This document shows positions 17,765-34,677 of a stretch of DNA of 64,000 nucleotides, in pieces. The notes beneath the pieces are model-generated. The model was not told the DNA's origin, searched no databases, and worked only from the letters and a program-made list of their open reading frames with translations. Each line of letters begins with the position of its first letter. Position 1 is the stretch's first letter. The translations under genes and the position numbers were made by a program. Source of the DNA: Dictyostelium discoideum. Taxonomy: Eukaryota. The stretch is from NCBI GenBank assembly GCA_000004695.1, contig CM000151.3, positions 5,472,001 through 5,536,000 of the forward strand, in the 5' to 3' direction.

Positions 17765-18251
17765 GAAAATATATGGTTTTTTCCCACAGTAATAGCTGTT
17801 TTCGATTCAAAAAAATGATCTTTTTGGGAACATAATCGTTTAAACTAAACCGCATTATCCCCACTTCTTTCAAATGTTATTTTCTTTTATTTTGATCCAG
17901 AAAAAAAAAAAAATTCAAAAAGAAAAAAAAGAAAAGAAAAAGAAAAGAAAAGAAAAGAAATGGGAAAAAAAGAAATAATTATTTTTATTTCTTATTATTT
18001 CTAAAAAAAACTTTGCAAAAGATTTTAAAAAATGAGTTCAGAAACAATAAATAAATAAAAACACAAAAATCAATAAAAAAGATTAATAAAATAATGCTGA
18101 AAAACAATAAAAGTAATAAAATAAATTTAATATAAAATTTAATAAAAGCCAATAAATTAAAATATATATATTTTTAATTTTATTTTGAAATTTCATTTGA
18201 TTTTTGTTCAAATTAAAGTGAATTATTTTTACAATTCATTTGTTATTATTT

Positions 18252-18299
<48 letters not shown>

Positions 18300-19389
18300 T
18301 AAAAAATTGCATTTTATTATTTCTATCATTAAAATTTTATTTCGATTTCAAAGAAATTTATAGTTTTATCTAGAACATAGTCAATACTATTTTCACTTTT
18401 TATTATATTTATTTTTATCTTAATTTAAATGAGATTTAAATTTTATTATTAAAAAAAATCTTTTTTTCAATTTTTTTTTTTAATTTTAGACATATTTTAT
18501 TTTCTTCTTTTTTCTTTGAAATTATATTTAACAAACACATGTTTCAAATAGTAAAATTTTTTCAAATTTTTTTTTTTTTTTTTTATTATTATAATTTATT
18601 TTTTTTATTATTACATTTTATCTTTTTTTTTATTACATTTTTTTTTTTTTTTTTTAAAATATATTATTATTATTATTATTTTATTGTTTCATTTCGAAGA
18701 AACAAATTTTAAAAAAATTTTATTACTTTTTTGTTTTTAAAATAAATTGATGTAATGTTTGTGAATTAATTTTTATAAATATGAATAATTTTTTTTGGGA
18801 AATATTAATTATCAGAGGATCCAAATAATGAAAAAGAAGAGCAAGAATATCTAATAAATAATATTTAAGATGTTGGGGCTTCTAATTATATTAATACAAG
18901 ATCCCATCAAAATATTTATGATAATTTTTATAATTTGATATAAATAATAAAATAAACAATGTGGTAAATAATATTCAAACTACCATTTCATCTTTACCAT
19001 TATCTCTATTATCACCATTATCATCATCATCATCTACATCATTAGCATTATCAACCGTTTCATCTTTACCATATATGTCAAAAAGATTCACCTTTTCGTG
19101 AAGATTATCAGCAGGTGGAGTACCAGAGTGGTTAAAAAGAGCCATCATTACCATGGAATTCAAAGGGTAAAGTTTCAGAGTGGTCAAAAAGAACCATCAT
19201 TACAATGTAAATCCTTTATGAGAGGAAACTGTTTATTCACACAAGATTAAAATAATAAAAAATGGTATTGAACATAAATGATAATTTAGAGTAGGCATAA
19301 TTTTTTTATATATAATCATATACTATTTTATGATTTATAAATCTTACTAACACTTTTAATATTTTAATTTTTTTTTTTTTTTAAATGAA

Positions 19390-19672
19390 AAACACCAGGA
19401 TTGGAATTGAAATTCTAGTTGAAATTGTAAATGAAATTGCAATTTGAATTGTAATTTAAAGTCTCAATTACAATTACAATTTCAATTGAAAGTTTCAATT
19501 ACACTCAAATACAATTTCATTTACAATTTCGACCAGAATTTCACTCCAATCCTGGTGGTTGTCCCATTTTTTTTTGAATGGAATAACGAAATTTTTAGTT
19601 GCTTCTTCTTGAGATATAACTCATTTTATTAATTTTCTTATTAGATATTACAGGTGCCTTTTAAGGTTGTAT

Positions 19673-19730
<58 letters not shown>

Positions 19731-20109
19731 GTTGAGGGTGTAGAGTGTGTTTAGTGACGTAATATATTTGTTGAGGTTTGATGGTAGTGCTACTGTGTGT
19801 AGTGGTGAGTTCCAGTGTTTGCTAAATCTTTCGAGTTGTAGGGAGATGATGTTTTTGAATTTTTTTATTTGTTCGTTGTTGGGTGCTTTTTTTTCTTGTC
19901 TGATTAGTTTGTATATGTTGTTTTTTGTTCTTTCCCAGGCTGCTGTTTGAGTTTTCTTTAGTTCGTGTACTAGTAGTTGTTTTCTTAAGTTTTTGAGTGT
20001 TATTCCTTCGTGGATTTTCTTGTTTCTTCTTCTCCAGATGTTTTCGCAAATAATGGCTATGGCGTTGGCTGTTAATGGAATGTCTAGTCTGTTGAAGATT
20101 TCTATTCCC

Positions 20110-20163
<54 letters not shown>

Positions 20164-20525
20164 TTATTTATAGAAAATACTGAGTGAATTATTGTATTTT
20201 TTGAGATGTTTAGGAAGTTCTATTGCGTGAAGAGGTGAGTTCCATTGTCTGTTAAATTGTAATAGCTTTAGCGAGATTAGTGAGTCTAATTTATTTTGTT
20301 CTTCTGGCCGTTGCTTTGATTTGATTCTTAATGTTTTGTTTATAACCGCTTGTGTCCTGTCCCATGCAGCTCTTTGTGTTTTAATTAGTTCAAGTATGAC
20401 TTGTTGTCTGTGAATTATTATTTCTTTTTCATCGTGAATGAGTTTGTTTCTTTTGTGCCATGTGGTTGTCCCTTTTTTTTTTTTTTTTTTTTTTTGAATT
20501 GGCATGTGGTTGTCCCATTAAAAGA
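19390..20525. mobile_element. Fragments of a tRNA-gene-targeted retroelement (TRE5-like non-LTR). Two diverged ~380 bp modules, each ending ...tggttgtccc + T20-T50, plus a 164 bp palindrome. The interval sits directly upstream of the + strand tRNA.
   Basis: Base composition departs from the surrounding AT-rich DNA (GT-rich on +). Module 1 is 19740-20116 and module 2 is 20165-20475; they share agtggtgagttccagtgtttgctaaatctttcgag / agaggtgagttccattgtctgttaaattgtaatagctttagcgag. The motif tggttgtccc-T(n) recurs three times (19553-19578, 20462-20495, 20505-20525). The element ends about 30-48 bp before the tRNA 5' end, as TRE5 elements do. No RT or ORF2 coding is present; these are remnant modules only. 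Confidence 0.4.
19394..19557. repeat. Imperfect 164 bp palindrome (two ~80 bp arms) at the edge of the retroelement remnant.
   Basis: Left arm: caccaggattggaattgaaattctagttgaaattgtaaatgaaattg... The reverse complement of the right arm, ...caatttcatttacaatttcgaccagaatttcactccaatcctggtg, matches it with a few mismatches. Confidence 0.75.
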
Positions 20526-20550
20526 GCCATCATTACAATGGATTTCAAAG

Positions 20551-20631
20551 GGTAAAGTACCAGAGTGGTCAAATGGGTAAGACTCAAGTTCTTATGCTTC
20601 GGCTTCGCGAGTTCGAATCTCGCCTTTATCA
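20551..20631 (+). tRNA. tRNA-Leu(CAA)-like. The body is identical to the 17684-17764 gene but the acceptor stem differs (GGTAAAG/CTTTATC, with one G-U pair).
   Basis: GGTAAAG TA CCAGAGTGGTCAAATGGG TAAGA CTCAAGT TCTTA TGCTTCGGCTTC GCGAG TTCGAAT CTCGC CTTTATC A. It folds as a cloverleaf. D, anticodon, variable and T arms are identical between the two copies. Confidence 0.6.
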
Positions 20632-20722
20632 ACAGTTTTTAAAGTTTTCACAGTTTGGACTTGTTTTAAAAAAAAAATCTTCCACATATTTTGAATTCAC
20701 TAGAAATTTTTTATAATAATCG

Positions 20723-20759
<37 letters not shown>

Positions 20760-21094
20760 AATTAAATATTACTTTAAATGTATTTTTTAAGTAAATAGAG
20801 AATGAATTAATTTATAATAGATTTCTTTTTAAAAAAAAAAATAAAATTAAATAAAAAAAAAACAATGTTTTCGTTTATGTTTTATTTCGGTTTTTTTAAT
20901 TTATTTTTTATTTTTTTTTCACGAAAATTTTATTTTTTTTTTTTAATTTTTTATTTTTTAAATACAATTTTTTTTTTTAATTTTTTTTTTAAAATTTTTT
21001 TATTTAATTTTTTTTTAAAGAAATAAACTCCTCCTAATCACCATTTATATATATATATTGATATTTATTAATCGTAAAACAATATCATAAATTC

Positions 21095-22702
21095 ATGAGT
21101 GATAGTAGCGAATTTTTAGAAAAACATCAACAAGATATATTAAATCAATTAAATAATCTCAAAGAGAAAATCGAAAATTTAGAAAATAAAATGGAAACCA
21201 TTGAAGATACTCAAGTTCAACAACCAACCGAAGAAATCACACAAATTAAAGATGATATTATTGTAGTCGATGATGCTCAAAAAACAATTGAACAAGAAGA
21301 AATTAAAAAAGAAGAACCTGAAAATGATGAATCATCAGAAGAAATTACTCAACAACAACAACAAGTAGAAGAACAAGAAGAAGTTAAGCAAGAAGAGCCA
21401 GTTGTTGAACAACAACAAAAAGAAGATGAAATTAAACAAGAAGAACCAATTGTTGAAGAACCAATTGTTGAGGAACCAATTGTTGAGCAACAACAAGAAG
21501 AGGAAGTTAAACAAGAAGAACCAATTGTTGAAGAACCAATCGTTGAGGAACCAATTGTTGAACAACAAGTAGAAGAAATTAAACAAGACGAACCAATTGT
21601 TAAAGAACCAATTGTTGAACAACAAGAAGAAAAAGAAGAAGAAGAAGTAAAACAAACACAAGAAGAAACTACAACTGTTACAGAATCAGTTGTGGTCACT
21701 GAAACTGTTATTACTGAAGAAGAGAAAAATGAAACTACTATTACTACTGCTACTACCACTACCACCACTACCGAACAACCAACTATTGAACAACAACAAC
21801 AAGAAGAGGAAGAATCAAGACCAGTTATTGAATCTGAACCAATTGTTGTTGTTGAAGCAACTGAACAACCAACAGTTGAAGAAGAATCCGATGAAGAAGA
21901 TAAAAAAGAAACTAATGAAAATGATAAATCATCATCCAATGATAATAATAATAATAATAACGATAAACAAGAAGAACAAAAAGAACAAACAAATGGTAAA
22001 AATGAAAAAGATGAAGAAGAAGAAAAAGAAAAAGATAATAAAAAAGATAAAGAAGAAGAAGAAGTTGAAAAAGAGGATGAAAATATATTATCACAAGCAG
22101 AATTAGCAAACTTTTATAAACTTGAAGGTAATGAATACTTTAAACATAATATTTACTTTGATGCAATCGAAAGTTATTCAAAAGCCATTTCAATTAAACC
22201 ATCACATCTCTTGTATAGTAATAGATCAATTTCATATTATAAATTTGGATTATTTGCTGAATCACTTCAAGATGCATTGGAATCAATTAAATTGGAAGCT
22301 AATTGGGTTAAAGGTTATCATAGAGCTGGTCAAGCTTTAGAAAAATTAAATCAAAAAGATGAAGCCATCAAATATTATGAAAAAGGTCTTTTAATTGAAC
22401 CAGATCATCAACCAATGAGAGATGCTTTAGATAGTATTTTAAATGTTGGTAAAGAAGATCAAAAAGGTGAAAATACTTCCTCTGATAGTGAATCAGATAG
22501 TGAATCAGATAGTGAAGAAGAAAGTGAATCTGATTCAGAATCTGATTCAGACTCTGACGACTCTGACGATGATGATGATAACACTTCAAATCAAAATAAA
22601 TCTATCGTACCATATGGACCTGTTGCTAAAGTGGCAATTGCAACTTCAATTGTTGGTGCAATTGCTCTTGGTTTCTATCTTATAACTAAATTAAAAAAAT
22701 AA
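21095..22702 (+). CDS. Tail-anchored TPR-repeat protein. It has an acidic EEPIVEEPIVE repeat region, three TPR motifs, a D/S/E acidic tract and a C-terminal transmembrane anchor. The architecture resembles plant-type Tom20 or FKBP8/Tom34.
   Basis: Single 535-aa ORF. TPR region: AELANFYKLEGNEYFKHNIYFDAIESYSKAISIKPSHLLYSNRSISYYKFGLFAESLQDALESIKLEANWVKGYHRAGQALEKLNQKDEAIKYYEKGLLIEP. C-terminus: VAKVAIATSIVGAIALGFYLITKLKK*. Confidence 0.7.
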   Translation: MSDSSEFLEKHQQDILNQLNNLKEKIENLENKMETIEDTQVQQPTEEITQIKDDIIVVDDAQKTIEQEEIKKEEPENDESSEEITQQQQQVEEQEEVKQEEPVVEQQQKEDEIKQEEPIVEEPIVEEPIVEQQQEEEVKQEEPIVEEPIVEEPIVEQQVEEIKQDEPIVKEPIVEQQEEKEEEEVKQTQEETTTVTESVVVTETVITEEEKNETTITTATTTTTTTEQPTIEQQQQEEEESRPVIESEPIVVVEATEQPTVEEESDEEDKKETNENDKSSSNDNNNNNNDKQEEQKEQTNGKNEKDEEEEKEKDNKKDKEEEEVEKEDENILSQAELANFYKLEGNEYFKHNIYFDAIESYSKAISIKPSHLLYSNRSISYYKFGLFAESLQDALESIKLEANWVKGYHRAGQALEKLNQKDEAIKYYEKGLLIEPDHQPMRDALDSILNVGKEDQKGENTSSDSESDSESDSEEESESDSESDSDSDDSDDDDDNTSNQNKSIVPYGPVAKVAIATSIVGAIALGFYLITKLKK

Positions 22703-23059
22703 ATTTTAAAATAAATTTTAAAAAAACTTTTTTTTAAAATAATTAAAATAAAAAAAATAAATAAATAAATAAAAAAATAAAAAAATAAAAAAAATAAATA
22801 AATAAAAAATAATAATAAACTCAATGAGAATATTATTGTTTTTTTTTTTTTATTTCTATAAATGATAGTTTGTTTAATAATAATAATAACAATAATAATA
22901 ATAATAATAATTTTTTTTTTTTTTTTTATAATTTAAATATTAAACTTTTTTATTTATTTTATTACAGTGATAATTATTTGTTTTAAAATCATTATTATTT
23001 TATTTTTTTTTTTTTAAAAAATATTGTAGTTATTTTTTTTATTTATTTTATTTTTTGTT

Positions 23060-27588
<4,529 letters not shown>

Positions 27589-28199
27589 TAATTAAATTTT
27601 AAAAAAATTTATTATAAAAATAAAATTTTTTAAAAAAAAAAAAAATAAATAATATATATAAAAATACAAATTGTTTTTTCTTGTTTTTGTTTTTGTTTTT
27701 GTTTTAGTTTTTGTTTTTTAGTTTTAGTTTTTGTTTTATCTATTAAACATTAAAAATAAAACTAATTCGCTTTTTTTTTTTTTTTTTTTTGTTTTTTTTA
27801 ATTATGATAATTGTGACCAAAAAAAAAAAAAAAGAAAAAAAATTTAAAAAAAAAAATTTAAAAAAAATAAAATTAAAAAAAAAAAGCACATATGTAATGG
27901 ATTGATCATCACCACTTACCAAAGTATTTTATGGTGGTTAAAATTTTTTTTTTTTTTAAATCTTTTTTACTATTTATACATTTTGTTTATTAAAATCTTT
28001 AAAAAATTAATTTAATTTAAAATTAAATAAAAAAAATAAGAAATAAAAAAAAAACAAAAAATAATAATCTTCACAATTGTTTTTATAATTATTAACCATT
28101 CATTTTTTTTTTTTTTTTTTATAACTCAAAATAACACCAATTTTGATAATAATTAATAATAAATATTTTTTAAACAAAAAAAAAAAACAAAAAAAAAAA

Positions 28200-28237
<38 letters not shown>

Positions 28238-29703
28238 TTTTTTTGGTCAAAATTTTTATTTAATTATTAACCTTTCATTTTTGTAATTATGAGGAACAAC
28301 TAGAAGGAATATATATTTAAAATTTTTTTATTGGGTTCCTAAAATTGAATTTAAACCAAATAAACCCAATAATTGACTTTTCCTTAATTTTCCAACAAAA
28401 AGGTTTGATTTTGTAATTTCTAAATCCGCTATAATTTTATTACTTTTTGAAATATTTTTTATAAACTGTAAACTAGATTTATAATGTTTTAAAAAGAAAA
28501 ATTGTTTTTTTTTAATTTCAGTTACTATTTGATTTTCAATTTTATTACTAATTGTTTTAACAAATTTTAATTGAAATAATATTAAAAGTATATCAGCTTG
28601 AATTGTTAAATAATATCAATAATCCTCTGGTTCATTGTTAATTACTTCCTGCTCTTTGCTTTTATGCTGATCTTAAATTGTGAAAAGGAAAAAAGAAAAA
28701 TTAATTAGCAAAAAAGACTTTACTTTCACTATTTATTTATATGGTTTTGTTTTCTTTTATATTTAAAAATAAAATTTAGTTTGATCATAAAAAAAAAAAA
28801 AAAAACCATCTGTTATTTTATTTTATTTTTTTATTTTTATAAAAATATTCTGTGTAAAAACGATTAATGTTTAAGGTGGTTAACTTACCCATTAAGATAA
28901 ATAATTAAATAATATTAAAAGATTTTTATATGTTAATGAAAAATAAAAAAGAAAATAAATAATATATAAATAATTTCTACAAAGATTATAATATTAAAAA
29001 GATTGTCAAATACTTTTAGAGTAGTGCAAAAAAAAAAAAATTAATAAAAATAACACAAAAAAAAAAAAAACAAAAAAAAAAAAAAAAAAAATTGATATTA
29101 TAATTTATTTTTATTTATTTATTAATTTATTTTTAGTGGTAGTGGTAATGAGATTAGAAGAAAAGAAGAAGATTAATTTTTAATAATAAAGAAAAAAAAA
29201 TACTAAATTTTTTTTTTTAATATCAAAAACTATCAATTTAACCCAAACAATAAAAAAACTATTTTTAAACAGTTATTTTAACAATTCACTTTCAAATTTA
29301 CACCATTTTTTTTTTTTTTTTTTTTTTTGATTTTTTTTAATTTTTTTTTTTTATTTTTTGCTCAAACTTTTATATTTTGTTCCCTTTGTGAAAATAAAAT
29401 AAAAAATTAAAGAAATATCGAAAAAACGAAAATAATAACAATATTATTATTAATAATAACAATTGTTTATCAACCAATTAAAATGGTCAATAAAATCCAA
29501 AAGACCTCATAGCTTCAATATTTTTTTATTATATCAGAACCATTGTAGTGGAACTTCTCTTTGATCATTTAATTTGTTTTAAGTTACCAAAAGCAAACAA
29601 AAATTGCTTAAATTAAAGTGATTAAAAAAAAAAAAAAAGTTTAAATAAAAAAAAAATGAAATAATAAAAATACTCTTTTTTTTAAACTATTAATTTTTAA
29701 ATT

Positions 29704-29748
<45 letters not shown>

Positions 29749-29906
29749 TGACGGTTATTAAATAAAATAAATAAAAAAATAAATAATAAAATAAATAAAA
29801 ATTAATTTACATTATCCAATTTTATTTATTTATTTATTTAATAAGTTTTATTTTTTCTTTTTTTTTTTTTTTGATTTTGTTTAATTTTATTTAATTTAAT
29901 TTAATT

Positions 29907-30005
29907 TTATTTGATTTGATTTGATTTGATTTGATTTGATTAGATTTGATTTGATTTGATTTGATTTGATTTGACTTGATTTGATTTGATTTGATTTGAT
30001 TTGAT
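29907..30005. repeat. (GATTT)n pentanucleotide satellite, about 20 units.
   Basis: gatttgatttgatttg... seen directly. Confidence 0.95.
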
Positions 30006-30689
30006 TTTTTTTTTTTTTTTTTTTTTTTCTTAATCATTTTAATCTTTTTTCCAATTATTTCCATTTTTATAAATATGATGATCTTCCATTTTCCATTTTC
30101 CACAATAATTTGAAATTTTTTTTCTGGGAATTGGTGAAGACAAAAAAAAAGAAAAAATAAAAAAGAAAAAAGAAAAAAGAAAAAAGATAAAAGAAAAAAG
30201 AAAAAAGAAAAAAAAAAAAAAGAAAAAAAAAATAAAATAAAATAAAATAATATAATGTTATAATCTCTTTCTCATTTTTTAAAAATTTTGGTTTGATTTG
30301 GTTTTCGATAAATAAGTTTTTTACACTTTTTCTAACCCACATTAAAAATTCACCACATGGGTGAGAAAAATCTAATTTTAATATTTTTTAGGAAACATAA
30401 TTTTATAACAATCCAAGTATTTTGAATCGTATTGTAACTAAATAATTTTAAAAAAAATAAAAATAAAAACAATTGTGGTGATTTCCTCTTTTTTTTCTAA
30501 TTAAAAAAAAAAAATAATAAAAAATTAAATTTTTCATATTAGATTAATAATAATTTTTAAAAAACTATATTTAATAAATATACTTGGATTATCTTCTCTA
30601 AATTGAAAAAAAAAAAAAAAAAAAATTTTATCTGTTGATTGAATCACCATTAGGATATTGTTTTTTTTTTTTTTTTTAAGGAAATAAAG

Positions 30690-30900
30690 GAAAAAAGGAA
30701 AAGAAGGAGGAAATAAAGGAAAAAAAGGAGGAAATAAAGGAAAAAAAGGAATTTTATTTTTTTTTTGAGGAAATAAAGGGAAAAAGAGGAATTTTATTTT
30801 TTTTTTTTTGAGGAAATAAAGGAAAAAAAGAAATTTAATATTTTCCCCCATTTCCTCCTTTTCCTTCAAAAATTATTGGATTTCAAAGGAGAAATAGAGA
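30690..30900. repeat. Purine-rich tandem repeat (GAGGAAATAAAGGAAAAAAAG-like units). A (GAAAAAA)n tract also lies at 30130-30240.
   Basis: Direct repeats seen in the sequence. Confidence 0.8.
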
Positions 30901-30984
30901 AAAAAGAGGAATTTGTGAGGAAATATTAAGGAAATGGAGGAAATTAAAATTTTTCATCTTATTCCTTCGTTTCCACGAATTCCT

Positions 30985-31561
30985 CTAATATTTACGGACA
31001 ACCCTGTAGACTTTTCCAGATTTATATGATTCATACAAAGCATTATCCATACAATTGACAAGATTCAATTGACTAGAAATGTCACCAAATGGATCTTTTA
31101 AATCAATAGGAAATACAACTTGTGAAATTGTTGAATTTCCTTTGACGCCGATCACGTGGCCTTCTACGGCTTTCCATTTTCTGTTACCTACTATGGCAAA
31201 ACCAGTTCTTTCAATTCTAACATTTCCTATTTCTTTTATTGTACCTTCATTTTTATAAACATTATCATAATTTAGTGCATCTAATGCTTCTTTAAAATCT
31301 TTTTAATAAATATGAATGGAAAAAAAAAAAAAAATAAAATAAATAAATAAATTAATAAATAAATTATTTTTATTAATTATATATATTATTTTGGTTTTTA
31401 TTATTAAACAAATTACCCGATTCCTTAGTAACACTATGGCCAGCATAATTTGGAATATCTCCAGCTTTTTCAATAGTGCACTTAATCATTGTTATTGCTA
31501 ATGAATAGCTTATAGACAACAAGACAATTATTAATAATAATAATAATTTATTTGGGTTCAT
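30985..31561 (-). CDS. Small secreted protein (~153 aa) with an N-terminal signal peptide. Two exons: 31561..31417, 31298..30985.
   Basis: MNPNKLLLLLIIVLLSISYSLA signal. Exon 1 ends ...TKES + g|GTAATT. Acceptor is aaaAG (31300/31299). Exon 2 reads DFKEALDALNYDNVYKNEGTIKEIGNVRIERTGFAIVGNRKWKAVEGHVIGVKGNSTISQVVFPIDLKDPFGDISSQLNLVNCMDNALYESYKSGKVYRVVRKY*. No confident family assignment. Confidence 0.55.
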
Positions 31562-32961
31562 TTTTAATTTTTTTAATAATGAATAAAATGATTTTTAATT
31601 TCTTTTTTTTTATAATTAATAAAAATTTTTATTTTTTTTAACAATGAAAAAAAATAATTAATGGTTTTCTTTTTTTTAAAATTAAAAAAAAAATTTATTT
31701 TATAATTACCAAAATTAAAAAAAAAAAAAAAAATATCCGACAAACTTTATTTTCTTTCCTGATACCCTTAACAATCATTGGCCAAAATAAATATAATTTA
31801 ATATTAATTACAATTGAAAAAATCTAATATCATTCATTGAATTTGAATAATTAATTTGTCATTTAATTATAAAAAATGAATCGGTTTGCCATATTGTGAG
31901 AAATTTTACTATTGTAATTTCTTTTTTTTAAAACGTATTACTATAATTTAATAATATAAAATACAACCAATAGGAAATAAGACTATTATAAATTCTCATT
32001 TTTTAAAACATAAAACCATTAATTAATAAAACAAATTAATTTATAATAAATAAAATATCACATATTTTTAAAAATCATTATAAATGACAAAAAATATTCG
32101 GGATACTATTTTTAACATAGTGGTTTTACTCATTGGCTGTGGGTGTATAATAAATATTTAAATAAAAAAAATAAGAATTTTTATTTTTATTAATTAAATT
32201 ATTCCTTATTTAATATTTTGCAATTATGTATTTTTAAATACTAATTAGATTGTTATAAAATTATGTATCCTGTTACATTACGTTCAGAATACTTCGATTG
32301 TTATTAAATTGTGTTTCCTCAAAAATATTAAATTAGATTTTTCTCACCCACGTGGTGAATTTTTAATGCCGATTAGAAAAAGTGTAAAACTATAATATAA
32401 AAAGAAAACAATAATTTTTTAAAACACAACAATAAATATATAGATTATTAATTACTATTTATGTATATTATTTTCTTTTTTTTCTCATTTTTTTTTTGAC
32501 AAATATAATTTTAAAATAAACAAATAGTATTTTTTCATAATTAAATAATTTTTAAAAAAATCTAGATAAATATGTTATTTTATTATAATTAAAAAATTTT
32601 TTGGGGTTATTTTTTTTTTTTTTTTTTTTTGATTATTTGTATAAATAAAAAATATAAAGTGTTTGTGCATTGGAATAAAATTACAAAAAATTAAATTTTA
32701 ATTCTTTTTTTTTTTTATTTATTTTTATTTTTATTTTTATTTTTATTTTTATTTTTTTTGAGTTTAAATATATTTAAAAAATATATTATAAAAAGGTAGT
32801 GATAAAACTTTAATAATACATTATTTTTAGTTTTTTTTTTTTATAATTATTATTATTACTATTATTATTACTCTTATCATCCAACAATTTCAAGTTTGAA
32901 AGAATTTTTATTTTAAGGTGATGCTGGTTGTTTGGTTGAAATATTATTATTATTATTATTA

Positions 32962-34264
<1,303 letters not shown>

Positions 34265-34677
34265 TTATATCTTGTATATTTTAATTTTTTATTTTGTACT
34301 TTTATAAATTTAAATATTATTTTATTTAGATATTTATTTTTAAAAATTTTAAAAAATAATTCGTCATTATTCATTTTTTTTTTTAATTTAATTTTATTAT
34401 TATTATTTTTTTTTTTTTTTCTTGTCAACCACCAAAAATGAAAATAAAAAAAAAAAAAAGAAAAAAAAAAGAAAAAAATTCAGAGAAGTAATGAAGTTAA
34501 AAAAAATATTTTAAAAAATCTAACGCCAACGGGAAAATAAATATCTAAAAAAACTATTTTTTATTTTTATTTTTATTTTTTTATTTTTTTTTTTTTTTTT
34601 TTTATTTTTTTTTATATTTTTTTTTTTTTTTTAAACTTCATTCTTATATTAATATTAGAAAAATTAAAAAAAAAGAA

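Larger units (their letters stand above)
30311..32400. mobile_element. Candidate TIR-bounded element (~2.1 kb). Imperfect terminal inverted repeats of ~60 bp enclose simple repeats and a small secreted-protein gene.
   Basis: Left end 30315-30378: gttttttacactttttctaacccacattaaaaattcaccacatgggtgagaaaaatctaatt. The reverse complement of 32331-32396 is gttttacactttttctaatcggcattaaaaattcaccacgtgggtgagaaaaatctaatt. They differ by about 6 mismatches and one 2-nt indel over about 60 nt. Confidence 0.35.

Noticed and set aside
18975-19187. Minus-strand ORF (70 aa) and the similar ORF 20429..20632.
   Set aside because: Both simply read through the tRNA-like and flank repeats on the opposite strand (shared L-K-LYPL-S-VMMAL peptide). 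No independent coding evidence exists. They may be retroelement-derived but were not called as genes.
19600-20525. Assigning a definite family (TRE5-A A/B/C module) and orientation to the retroelement remnant.
   Set aside because: The orientation logic conflicts: oligo-T follows each module on the plus strand. I cannot recall the reference module sequences. Position upstream of a tRNA gene supports only a tRNA-targeted-element interpretation.
29907-30005. A regular short direct-repeat array that could be mistaken for a CRISPR array.
   Set aside because: It is a plain (GATTT)n pentanucleotide satellite with no spacers, in a eukaryotic nuclear genome. The same applies to the (ATT)n, (CTTTTT)n and purine repeats.
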